NCBI GenBank assembly: GCA_015068085.1
Contig: SVLF01000002.1
Span: 39,861 to 103,860 of the forward strand
Reading direction: 5' to 3'
Source: Oscillospiraceae bacterium
GTDB lineage: Bacteria; Bacillota; Clostridia; Oscillospirales; JAAYXM01
Length of the DNA stretch: 64,000 nucleotides
Within the stretch, counting starts at the first letter, position 1. Each line of letters starts with the position of its first letter. A program made the position numbers and the translations under genes. Below are positions 20,064 through 28,829 of the stretch, one piece after another. Below the pieces are notes generated by a model. It saw nothing but the letters and a program-made list of their open reading frames with translations, had not been told where the DNA came from and did not search any database.

Positions 20064-20915
20064 TTAAATTGTGCCGGTTACAGTTAAGGTTACCGAACCG
20101 GGAGTGGTTACCCACACGCCGGTTGTCGGGTCCTGAGTAAAGGTTGCTGCAGGAACTGTTATCTGCCCGGGAACCGTTGTAAAAAGCCCTGTTGTCTCAT
20201 CGTAGGTGTAGTTTTCAGGGGTTGTCCATGTTGTGCCGTTGTACGTTACCGTAATTCCGCTAAGTGCAGGATTGAAGGTATCGGTTATAACGACGTTATC
20301 GGTTGCATCGGCAGGAGCATTGCCCGTATTTCTTATCACAAAAGTATAAGTGATCTGACCGTTTTCAGTGACAGTTGACGGAGATAATGACTTTGTGATA
20401 TCAAGACGCGGCTCGTCCTCTGCCGTAACAGTTTCGCTTGCTGTAAGGTCTGTAATTCCCGCACCGCTTACTGTTGCTGTATTCTCGACTGTTCCTCCCA
20501 CTGCAGGCGGAGCAAATCCGTTTGCCTGTGCGGTATACGCAATCGTTGCAACGCTTCCCGCCGGAACAGTTATTCCGGAAACCGCAAGCGGAGGACCTGC
20601 AGTGACCGAAGGTGCCGCCTGAAGATCTCCGTTTATAAAATACTTTACGGATCCATCAACATATTCAAGAGGTGTGAGTTCAGTTCCGTTAAATTCATAT
20701 GCGCCGAGATCATCCGTAACAGTAAGCCCTGTAAACGCGGTGTTCCCCGAATTTAGAATGTTGATAACATAGGTTATCTCCGAACCCTGCGAGTATTCGT
20801 CAACAACTGCTGTCTTTGTCACGGAAAGCACTTCAAGAATTTCACCTGTTGTAATATTGGAATTAACCGTGCCGCCGCTGTAAGACAGGGTTGCCTGATT
20901 AAAAAATGTTGCCAT
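20064..20915 (-). CDS. DUF11 / conserved-repeat-domain protein (two repeats), no signal peptide
   Basis: 283 aa, T/V/G-rich. Two segments match the DUF11 pattern (..LSVTKTAVVDEYSQGSEITYVINILNSGNTAFTGLTVTDDLG.. and ..LDITKSLSPSTVTENGQITYTFVIRNTGNAPADATDNVVITDTF..). The N-terminus MATFFNQATLSYSGG has no hydrophobic leader. Confidence 0.65.
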   Translation of the reverse strand: MATFFNQATLSYSGGTVNSNITTGEILEVLSVTKTAVVDEYSQGSEITYVINILNSGNTAFTGLTVTDDLGAYEFNGTELTPLEYVDGSVKYFINGDLQAAPSVTAGPPLAVSGITVPAGSVATIAYTAQANGFAPPAVGGTVENTATVSGAGITDLTASETVTAEDEPRLDITKSLSPSTVTENGQITYTFVIRNTGNAPADATDNVVITDTFNPALSGITVTYNGTTWTTPENYTYDETTGLFTTVPGQITVPAATFTQDPTTGVWVTTPGSVTLTVTGTI

Positions 20916-20990
20916 AACGCTTCTCCTTATAATTACTGGCAGACAAAAAGTGCCGCCAAAGCATTATATGCAAGAAGCCGGCACAATGTT

Positions 20991-21551
20991 TTACAGGAAT
21001 ACTATTCCGCACACGGCGCCAAAAATGATATACCATATAGGATGCTTTTTAAATATTTTATAGAGCGCGAAAATAACAGCAAAAATTGCCAGCTGACGCA
21101 AATCAAACAGCGTAAACACAGACGGATTTTCCGCAAACTTGTCAAAGGTAAACACAGTTACCGAAAGCACACTGAACGCTGCGGTGGCAATAAGCCCGGA
21201 GACTGCGGCGCGTATGCCGTAAAGCCCGCTTTTAACAAGACGGTTATCCTGAAAACGCGCATACGAACGGGCAATGATAAGTATTATAACAAATGACGGA
21301 AGGACGAGCGAAAGCGTCGTGAAAACACCTCCGAAAACGCCGTAATTTTCAAAACCTGCATACGTTGCCATATTGACACCGATAGGTCCCGGAGTTGATT
21401 CACTGACGGCTATCATATTGTAAAAAAGCTCCGGCGATATCCAACCGCGGTCTACGATAAACTGCTGCATAATCGGTATTGCGGCAAGACCGCCTCCGAT
21501 TGCGAAAAGACCTGTAAGTAAAAATGAAAGACATAATGTAAAAATATTCAT
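20991..21551 (-). CDS. chrA: Chromate transporter family protein (ChrA half-size, second of a pair)
   Basis: 186 aa, hydrophobic. The pattern GGGLAAIPIMQQFIVDRGWIS...STPGPIGVNMATYAG is typical of CHR family half-proteins. Confidence 0.75.
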   Translation of the reverse strand: MNIFTLCLSFLLTGLFAIGGGLAAIPIMQQFIVDRGWISPELFYNMIAVSESTPGPIGVNMATYAGFENYGVFGGVFTTLSLVLPSFVIILIIARSYARFQDNRLVKSGLYGIRAAVSGLIATAAFSVLSVTVFTFDKFAENPSVFTLFDLRQLAIFAVIFALYKIFKKHPIWYIIFGAVCGIVFL

Positions 21552-22090
21552 TTCTTAAATATGCCTCCTTTTACCGAAATTCCCACAATGAGTGCAAATA
21601 AAATAAGCCAGATGCTGTTTACATCAAATACAACAACCGCAATGAATGCTATAACAGCAAGCGCAAGCCCTATCATATCCGTAACGGATTTTTTGCCAAG
21701 ATCCCATACTGCCGAAACAAGAATCACCGCAACGGAAATATTTATTCCGGCAAGCGCTTTTTGAACATAAACAAATTCGCTGAAGTTTAAAATAAATGCC
21801 GCAATAACCGTTATTATGATAAGCGACGGAGTTATAACACCGAGCGTTGCAAGAAGAGCTCCCCAGAAGCCACGCCGGCGATATCCGATAAATGTAGCCA
21901 TATTAACCGCTATTACTCCCGGAGTGGATTGCCCTATTGCGACATAATTCAGCATATCCTCGCCCGTAATCCAACCGCGGTCGGTTACAAATTCACGCTC
22001 AAGTATCGGAATCATAGCATATCCGCCGCCGAACGTAAACGCACCAACTCTGAAAAAAATCAGAAACAGCTGTAAAATATCATGTAACAT
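21548..22090 (-). CDS. chrA: Chromate transporter family protein (ChrA half-size, first of a pair)
   Basis: FTFGGGYAMIPILEREFVTDRGWIT...QSTPGVIAVNMATFIGY. I moved the start to ATG 22090 because the longer ORF begins inside the hpf terminator hairpin. Overlaps the partner gene by 4 nt. Confidence 0.7.
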   Translation of the reverse strand: MLHDILQLFLIFFRVGAFTFGGGYAMIPILEREFVTDRGWITGEDMLNYVAIGQSTPGVIAVNMATFIGYRRRGFWGALLATLGVITPSLIIITVIAAFILNFSEFVYVQKALAGINISVAVILVSAVWDLGKKSVTDMIGLALAVIAFIAVVVFDVNSIWLILFALIVGISVKGGIFKK

Positions 22091-22110
22091 ACTATTTTTA
22101 CATCTCCTGT

Positions 22111-22143
22111 AGTAAAATAAAGGCATCTGCAAAAGCAGATGCC
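22111..22143 (-). terminator. Rho-independent terminator of hpf
   Basis: On the minus strand: GGCATCTGC-TTTT-GCAGATGCC followed by TTTATTTTACT. Confidence 0.75.
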
Positions 22144-22157
22144 CGGCTTATTAAATT

Positions 22158-22688
22158 CTATTCGTCTTCGATAAGTCCGTAACCGCCGTCGCGGCGCTTA
22201 TAAACAACCGAAAAACGTTCATCGTCATTTGCGTTCTTGAAAACAAAGAACTCATGGTTTAGCAAATTCATCTGCAAAATCGCCTCCTCTGCCGTCATCG
22301 GCTTTACAGAGAAGCGCTTTGTGCGAATAATCGGAAACTCACGCTCTTCTTCAATCGGTTCATCGTCAACCGGAAGAAGATTTTCGAAAGCACCGTCACG
22401 CAAGCGGCGCTCAAGGCGGGTTTTATTTTTTCTTATCTGTCTTTCAATCGTGGTCTCCGCAATGTCAATAGCACGGAAAACATCCGTGTCGCGACACGCG
22501 GCACGAAGGAGCATACCGTCACTTCTGACGGTCACCTCAAGGCACGTATGCCCGCGCTCGGTTCTTGCTGTAATTGAAGCTTCCGCATCAGAGCGGAGAA
22601 ACTTATCAAGCTTTGCAAGCTTCTTCTCAGCGTATGCGCGAACATCCGGGGTGAACTCGTAATTTCTTTCAGCGTAGATATACTTCAT
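22158..22688 (-). CDS. hpf: Ribosome hibernation promoting factor, long form
   Basis: 176 aa. N-terminal sigma-54-modulation/RaiA fold sequence plus the C-terminal dimerisation domain (..KRFSVKPMTAEEAILQMNLLNHEFFVFKNANDDERFSVVYKRRDGGYGLI). Confidence 0.85.
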   Translation of the reverse strand: MKYIYAERNYEFTPDVRAYAEKKLAKLDKFLRSDAEASITARTERGHTCLEVTVRSDGMLLRAACRDTDVFRAIDIAETTIERQIRKNKTRLERRLRDGAFENLLPVDDEPIEEEREFPIIRTKRFSVKPMTAEEAILQMNLLNHEFFVFKNANDDERFSVVYKRRDGGYGLIEDE

Positions 22689-22825
22689 ATGTGTCGCTCC
22701 TTTCGTTTCGGTACTTATGTACCCTCTTTACTTAGAGTATAACACATATCGCTGTAAATTACAATAGCATTTTAGAAAAAATACACAAAAAATTCAAAAT
22801 TCAAGGTTCAATTTTGGTTAAACTT

Positions 22826-23668
22826 CTAAACAACAGCAGATGCGTGGCGCGTGATATGGCACCCCATATTCACAACGCACGGAAGGCCTGCGATGTGAGT
22901 TGCGTGCTGCTCAATAAATACGGCAAGTGCCGTCACCGTACCGCCAAGACCCTGAGGTCCTATGCCAAGCTTGTTCACCTTACAAAGAGCCTGCTTTTCA
23001 AGAGAAGCGTAAAGCTCATCGGGATGCTCACTTCCCACTTCACGCAGAAGAGCACGCTTTGCACACTCTGCCGCCATATCGACAGTACCTCCGAGTCCTA
23101 CACCGACAATAACGGGCGGACACGGATTTGAACCTGCCTTTGATACGGTTTCTACGATAAAATCAACAATATCATCGGTGGTTGCGGAGGGCTTGAACAT
23201 TTTCATCGCACTCATATTCTCGCTTCCGAAGCCTTTTGGAGCAACAGTTATCGAAACCTTATCTCCCGGTACGATGCGGGTATGTAAAATTGCCGGGGTG
23301 TTGTCATTCGTATTGACACGGCGGATCGGATCACCGACAACGGAAAGGCGAAGCTTTCCGTCAACATATCCGCGGCGGACACCTTCATTTACCGCCTCAT
23401 AAAAATCTCCGTCGATAAGATGAACCTCTTGTCCTACATCTATGAAAACAACTGCCATGCCGGTATCCTGACATGCAGGAATTCCGGACTCAGAAGCATA
23501 ACATGCATTCTCGCACATAACTTTGAAAATATCACGGCCGACAGGGGATTTTTCCTCTGCCATTCCCTTCTCAAAAGACGCAACAACATCACGCGGAAGA
23601 TGGCAGCATGCCTCTTCACAAAGACGCGCAATCTCACGCGTTATATCTTTTACCGAAACCTCTCTCAT
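22826..23668 (-). CDS. Fe-S hydro-lyase alpha subunit (class I fumarate hydratase / L-tartrate dehydratase alpha type)
   Basis: About 280 aa from MREVSVKDITREIARLCEEACCHLPRDV... with ..PACQDTGMAVVF.. and ..CPPVIVGVGLGGT.. motifs. I use the second ATG (23668), which avoids overlap with trxB. Confidence 0.75.
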   Translation of the reverse strand: MREVSVKDITREIARLCEEACCHLPRDVVASFEKGMAEEKSPVGRDIFKVMCENACYASESGIPACQDTGMAVVFIDVGQEVHLIDGDFYEAVNEGVRRGYVDGKLRLSVVGDPIRRVNTNDNTPAILHTRIVPGDKVSITVAPKGFGSENMSAMKMFKPSATTDDIVDFIVETVSKAGSNPCPPVIVGVGLGGTVDMAAECAKRALLREVGSEHPDELYASLEKQALCKVNKLGIGPQGLGGTVTALAVFIEQHATHIAGLPCVVNMGCHITRHASAVV

Positions 23669-23672
23669 TTTT

Positions 23673-24590
23673 TTACTTCCTTTCTGCTTCTGCAATATAC
23701 ACACCTGCCATATGCGCGGCAACCGCGCCGTCTGCACAAGCGGTTACAATCTGATAAGAAACCTTTTCCCTGATATCGCCCGCTGCGAAAACACCTGGAA
23801 GATTTGTTACCGTATCTTCTTTTGCATCAATATATCCCGAGGATGTGAGCTTTACAGTTTCCTTTACCAAATCGGTATTCGGCACACTGCCTATCGCGAT
23901 AAAACATCCGGAGACCGGAATCTCTTTTTTCTCGTCCGTTTTCACATTTTTTACCGTTACCGAGCTTACGCGTTCATCCCCGTTTATGCTCTCAACAACA
24001 GAATCAAGGACGAGTTCTACATTCTCAGTTTCCGAAACCTGTTTTGCAAGAGTTTCAAAGCCGCGGAAAGCATCCCTTCGATGAATGAGATAAACCTTGG
24101 TGCAGATTTTTGCAAGATAAAGCGCATCCTCAAGTGCTGTATTTCCGCCACCCACAACGCACACCTCGCGTCCGCGGAAAAAGTTCCCGTCACACGTTGC
24201 GCAGTAAGACACACCGAGACCGCGGTACTTTTCCTCTCCCGGAGCGCCGAGCGCGCGATGCGAAGCACCCAGCGCAAGAATAACCGTTTTTGCAACAATA
24301 TCTTCACCGCTTGTTTTTACGGTATTGGAAAGCTCACGAAAGTCTATTCCGTTGACAGTGCAGGTTTTAATCTCCGCACCCAATTTTTTCGCCTGAGAAG
24401 CCATCTTGGCAGAAAGCTCAAAGCCGGAAACACTTTCAAAACCCGGAAAGTTATCGATTTCCGGAGTTTCTCCCATCTGCCCCCCCGGCATCATACGCTC
24501 AACAACAACAGTTGAAAGCCCCGCACGGCAGGCATATATAGCCGCGGTCATACCTGCAGGTCCCGAGCCGAGAATCGCAACATCATACAT
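23673..24590 (-). CDS. trxB: Thioredoxin-disulfide reductase
   Basis: 305 aa. [15 protein letters not shown] motif, the redox-active CATCDG, and [13 protein letters not shown]. Confidence 0.9.
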   Translation of the reverse strand: MYDVAILGSGPAGMTAAIYACRAGLSTVVVERMMPGGQMGETPEIDNFPGFESVSGFELSAKMASQAKKLGAEIKTCTVNGIDFRELSNTVKTSGEDIVAKTVILALGASHRALGAPGEEKYRGLGVSYCATCDGNFFRGREVCVVGGGNTALEDALYLAKICTKVYLIHRRDAFRGFETLAKQVSETENVELVLDSVVESINGDERVSSVTVKNVKTDEKKEIPVSGCFIAIGSVPNTDLVKETVKLTSSGYIDAKEDTVTNLPGVFAAGDIREKVSYQIVTACADGAVAAHMAGVYIAEAERK

Positions 24591-24617
24591 TGCACATCAT
24601 CCTTTGTAAAAATTCAC

Positions 24618-26027
24618 TTAAAACTTTTCAAAAAAGGCACATATTGCCTTATATGTCATAAATACATCACTTTTCGCAACCGTTTCAAACGGAGAATGCA
24701 TTGAAAGCACCGGAACGCCTGCATCAATGGTGTCAATATTTCGTTCGGCTGTATACATAGCAACCGTACCACCACCGCCCTGATCGACCTTTCCGAGCGC
24801 CGCCATCTGCCATAATACGCCGTTTTCATCAAACAGCGCACGAAGCTTTGCAATCAGCTCACTTGAAGCATCGCTTGCGCCTGATTTTCCGCGTGCACCG
24901 GTATATTTGCACAAAGCCACACCGCCGTTTAAAAATGCAGAGTTTTTCTTTTCCGAAACCTCCGGATACGTCGGGTCAAACGCAACTGTAACATCTGTTG
25001 AAAGACACGTTGAACGTTCATAACACTCACGAAGAGCAACGCCCTGATTCTCGCATATATCCTCCATAAAGGTATCAAAGAAGTAAGACTTCATTCCGCT
25101 TACGCCCTCAGAGCCGATTTCTTCTTTATCGGCAAGGACGCAGACAGCAGTCTTTGATATATTCTTCGCATCTAACATCGCACGAAGTGACGGATATGCA
25201 CAGACGCGGTCGTCATGACCGTAAGCACCGATAAGCGAGCGGTCAAAACCGATATCACGTGCAGAAAATGCCGGAACAACGCACAGCTCGGCAGAAAGAA
25301 AATCCTCTTCAGTTATACCGTATTTTTCATTTAATATGCGAAGAACATTCAGCTTGACGGCATCATTATCCTTATCCGTTGCCCCGTCTGTCGGGCGGCT
25401 GCCGCAAAGAACATTAAGGCTCTCACCCGTAAATATCTCTCCGGCTTTTTTTGCCATCTGATCTTTTCCGAGATGCGGAAGAAGGTCTGTAATGACAAAC
25501 AGCGGATCGTTTGCATCATTACCGACAGAAACGTCAATTGTTTCCCCGGACTTAAGCGAGACAACGCCATAGAGTTCAAGAGGAATTGCCGGCCACTGAT
25601 ATTTTTTTATTCCGCCGTAATAGTGGGTTTTGAACAATGCAAGCCCATCACTTTCATACAACGGTGACTGCTTTAAATCGATTCTCGGCGAATCAATGTG
25701 TGCAGCTGCTATATTGGCACCGGCTCTCAAGCTGACATTGCCTATAACAGCGAGAATAAGCGCCTTACCTCTGTTGTTTCTGTATATTTTATCTCCCGGA
25801 GAAAGCTTCATATCGCGTGTGTACGGCACAAAGCCCGCCATCTCGGCAAGCCGGATTGCTTCACGCACGCAAAGGCGTTCTGTTTTTCCTGCATCAAGAA
25901 ATGCCTTGTACTCTTCACAAAACGCATCCATACCGCAGAGATTAACATCTCCCGTAAATGCATTTTTATTCTTATACAAAAGCTTCTCACGAAGAGCATC
26001 AAGCTCTGTCTTTTTTACATCACTCAT
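24618..26027 (-). CDS. M18 family aminopeptidase
   Basis: 469 aa. ..AAHIDSPRIDLKQSPLYE..FKTHYYGGIKKYQW.. and the C-terminal ..LSMHSPFE.. are typical M18 signatures. Confidence 0.8.
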   Translation of the reverse strand: MSDVKKTELDALREKLLYKNKNAFTGDVNLCGMDAFCEEYKAFLDAGKTERLCVREAIRLAEMAGFVPYTRDMKLSPGDKIYRNNRGKALILAVIGNVSLRAGANIAAAHIDSPRIDLKQSPLYESDGLALFKTHYYGGIKKYQWPAIPLELYGVVSLKSGETIDVSVGNDANDPLFVITDLLPHLGKDQMAKKAGEIFTGESLNVLCGSRPTDGATDKDNDAVKLNVLRILNEKYGITEEDFLSAELCVVPAFSARDIGFDRSLIGAYGHDDRVCAYPSLRAMLDAKNISKTAVCVLADKEEIGSEGVSGMKSYFFDTFMEDICENQGVALRECYERSTCLSTDVTVAFDPTYPEVSEKKNSAFLNGGVALCKYTGARGKSGASDASSELIAKLRALFDENGVLWQMAALGKVDQGGGGTVAMYTAERNIDTIDAGVPVLSMHSPFETVAKSDVFMTYKAICAFFEKF

Positions 26028-26628
26028 TATCCTTTTCCGGTCCTTTCGTGATTATATTAAAAATTCTGTTTACTTCATTTTCAACAGCTTCCATATCACC
26101 GCTGTTCTCAATCATATAATCACAGCGTTCTGTATAAAAGCTGTCCTCCGGTTGAGCATTTATCCTTGCAGATGCCGCCATAGAGTCTATACCGTCACGC
26201 GATATTATGCGCTCACAACGTAGTTTTCGCGGAGCAGTGACGCCGATTGTTACATCGCATATTTCCGAAAGCCCGCTCTCGAAAAGAGCAATGGCATCTA
26301 TGCAAAGATACGCGGCATTCTGCTCATAAAGCCGTGCCATCTCCCTCTCGGTTTCCTCTATAACGAACTTATGTGCAATTCTGTTAAGATCCGTAAGTGC
26401 CTCGACATCCGAAAACACAATGGAAGCAAGAGTGCGTCTGTTCAGTTTTCCCTTCTCGCATGCCTCAGGAAATCGTGCACGAAGCTCACGCATCATATCG
26501 GGAGACTCATTTAAAAGCTTATGATAAACAGAGTCAGCATCAATTGCGTGCGCACCGTGCTTACAAAAAAGCTCTGATACCGTGCTCTTTCCGCAGCCGC
26601 TGCCACCTGTGATTCCTATTGTAAGCAT
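26020..26628 (-). CDS. coaE: Dephospho-CoA kinase
   Basis: MLTIGITGGSGCGKSTV Walker A at the N-terminus when started at ATG 26628, and about 200 aa, typical of CoaE. The longer ORF would overlap tsaC. Confidence 0.85.
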   Translation of the reverse strand: MLTIGITGGSGCGKSTVSELFCKHGAHAIDADSVYHKLLNESPDMMRELRARFPEACEKGKLNRRTLASIVFSDVEALTDLNRIAHKFVIEETEREMARLYEQNAAYLCIDAIALFESGLSEICDVTIGVTAPRKLRCERIISRDGIDSMAASARINAQPEDSFYTERCDYMIENSGDMEAVENEVNRIFNIITKGPEKDNE

Positions 26629-26638
26629 TAAATTCACC

Positions 26639-27685
26639 TCATACAGATATACGGTTGAATGCAGCAGCACGACCAAGTCGGTTGACAACTGCCAGCTCCA
26701 TTCCGTCACTTAATTCAGGTTCCCTCGCATAAATTATATCAGGAGACATCTCATCAAGAGTCCTCAAAGCCGAAAAAAGCCCATGAGCAAGGGTTTCCGG
26801 ATTGCTTTTGCTTCCATACGAAACCGCACTTATTCCGGTATCGGAAAACAGTTCCTTTTCTTCATCAAAACAAAGAACCGCTGCTTTTTTTCCTTCTGAA
26901 TTTGCCATAACATATCGGACAAAAGCATCTGCTTCACCGTCTATTATAACAACCGGTGCCTCAGGAGAGTAGTGCTTATATTTCATTCCCGGAGATGCAA
27001 CCATCTCACCGTCATCTACCTCTTCGGAAATTTTTGGATTGACTAAAATATCGCCGAGTACGCGGCAAAGCTCGGAAAGAGTTACTGCTCCGGGGCGAAG
27101 AAGCATCGGCTTTTCTCCCGTAAGGTCAATGACAGTAGATTCAAGACCAACCTCACACTCACCGCCGTCTATTATCATCGGTATTTTCCCTGCAAGATCG
27201 CGCATAACATGCTGTGCACTTGTGGGACTCGGCTTTCCGGAAAGGTTTGCCGAAGGTGCCGCAAGCGGAACCCCCGCCGCTTCAATAACCGCGCGGGCAT
27301 ACTTGTGCGACGGAAAACGTACGGCAACCGTAGAAAGCCCCGCCGTAACCTCAAGCGGGATTTTCTCGTTTTTCTTCAAAATCATCGTAAGCGGTCCCGG
27401 CCAGAAATTCTCTGCCAACTTGACAGCCGATTCCGGAACCTCCTCAGTGATTTTTGCAAGGTCATCAAAATCCGAAATATGGACGATAAGCGGGTTATCC
27501 TGAGGGCGCCCCTTCGCTTTGAATATTTTCCCGACAGCATCGGGTGAGAACGCGCTTGCCGCAAGACCGTAAACCGTTTCTGTCGGAATCGCAACAACCT
27601 CGCCGTTTTTAAGCAAGTTTCCCGCACGGACAAAATCATCGAAGTTTTCCATAATTCCGCGCACTTTTATAAGCTGTGTAGTCAT
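26639..27685 (-). CDS. tsaC: L-threonylcarbamoyladenylate synthase (Sua5/YwlC type, two-domain)
   Basis: 348 aa. ..VVAIPTETVYGLAASA..KGRPQDNPLIVHI.. YrdC-domain motifs plus a Sua5 C-terminal domain. Confidence 0.85.
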   Translation of the reverse strand: MTTQLIKVRGIMENFDDFVRAGNLLKNGEVVAIPTETVYGLAASAFSPDAVGKIFKAKGRPQDNPLIVHISDFDDLAKITEEVPESAVKLAENFWPGPLTMILKKNEKIPLEVTAGLSTVAVRFPSHKYARAVIEAAGVPLAAPSANLSGKPSPTSAQHVMRDLAGKIPMIIDGGECEVGLESTVIDLTGEKPMLLRPGAVTLSELCRVLGDILVNPKISEEVDDGEMVASPGMKYKHYSPEAPVVIIDGEADAFVRYVMANSEGKKAAVLCFDEEKELFSDTGISAVSYGSKSNPETLAHGLFSALRTLDEMSPDIIYAREPELSDGMELAVVNRLGRAAAFNRISV

Positions 27686-27700
27686 ACCGCAAAACTTCCC

Positions 27701-28786
27701 TTAATCATTCTCGGATGCTTTGAGCTTCTCTGCCTGGTCGGCAGTGATAATTGCATCAATCATTTCGTCAAGATCACCGTTAAGGAATTGCTCAAGCTTA
27801 TAGAGAGTGAGGGATATGCGGTGGTCGGTAACTCTTCCCTGCGGATAGTTATAGGTACGTATACGCTCACTCCGGTCACCCGTACCAACCTGACTTTTTC
27901 TCTCAGCGGCAATCTGGGACGCCTGCTCCTGCATCTGGATATCATAAAGCTTTGAACGAAGAATTTTTATCGCGCGGTCTTTGTTCTTATGCTGACTGCG
28001 CTCATCCTGACACTCAACAACAATTCCGGTAGGTCTGTGCGTAAGGCGGATAGCAGACTCGGTTTTGTTGACGTGCTGGCCTCCGGCACCGGATGCGCGG
28101 AAGGTATCAACATCGACATCAGACATATTAAGCTCAACCTCAACCTCTTCCGCTTCCGGAAGAACAGCGACGGTAACAGTTGATGTATGGATACGCCCCG
28201 AGGACTCTGTGTCCGGAACGCGCTGAACACGGTGAACACCGCTTTCAAACTTAAGTCTTGAATACGCGCCTGCACCTTCAATAACAAAGCTGATTTCCTT
28301 GATTCCGCCAAGCTCCGTTTCGTTTATTGAGACAACATCAATGCTCCAGCGACGTGCCTCTGCGTACATCGAATACATACGGTAAAGAGAATGAGCGAAG
28401 AGAGCAGCCTCTTCACCGCCCGCTCCTCCGCGGATTTCAACGATAACATTTTTATCATCGTTCGGATCAGTCGGGAGAAGAAGAATTTTCAGCTCATGTT
28501 CAAGCTCGACAAGCTTTTCCTTTGCCGCCGTAAACTCTTCCTGTGCCATTTCACGGAAATCCGGTTCAAGCTTTCCGTCGAGCATTTCACGAAGATCGCG
28601 CATTTCCTGCTCAGTTGCACGGTAAGTGCGGTAACACTCGATAATGGGCGTGAGCTCTTTTTGTTCCTTTGATATTTTTGCCGCAGCAGCGGGGTCATTA
28701 TACAGATTGGGATCTGCAAGCTTTTCTTCTATTTCCTTGAATTTTTCTTCAAGGAATGCAAGTTTCTCTAACATATCGTACCTCAC
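27701..28786 (-). CDS. prfA: Peptide chain release factor 1
   Basis: 361 aa. The GGQHVNKTESAIR (GGQ) motif, and PTGIVVECQDERSQHKNK typical of RF1. Confidence 0.95.
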   Translation of the reverse strand: MRYDMLEKLAFLEEKFKEIEEKLADPNLYNDPAAAAKISKEQKELTPIIECYRTYRATEQEMRDLREMLDGKLEPDFREMAQEEFTAAKEKLVELEHELKILLLPTDPNDDKNVIVEIRGGAGGEEAALFAHSLYRMYSMYAEARRWSIDVVSINETELGGIKEISFVIEGAGAYSRLKFESGVHRVQRVPDTESSGRIHTSTVTVAVLPEAEEVEVELNMSDVDVDTFRASGAGGQHVNKTESAIRLTHRPTGIVVECQDERSQHKNKDRAIKILRSKLYDIQMQEQASQIAAERKSQVGTGDRSERIRTYNYPQGRVTDHRISLTLYKLEQFLNGDLDEMIDAIITADQAEKLKASEND

Positions 28787-28829
28787 ATTTTTATCTTTAA
28801 ATTATAGTATAACACACATAAAGGAAAAT

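Noticed and set aside
23523-24515. 330-aa plus-strand ORF antisense to trxB and the hydro-lyase gene
   Set aside because: It is fully overlapped by two strongly supported minus-strand genes with clear catalytic motifs. Its translation is low-complexity and R/S/F/C-rich, it has no RBS, and it is a typical shadow ORF.
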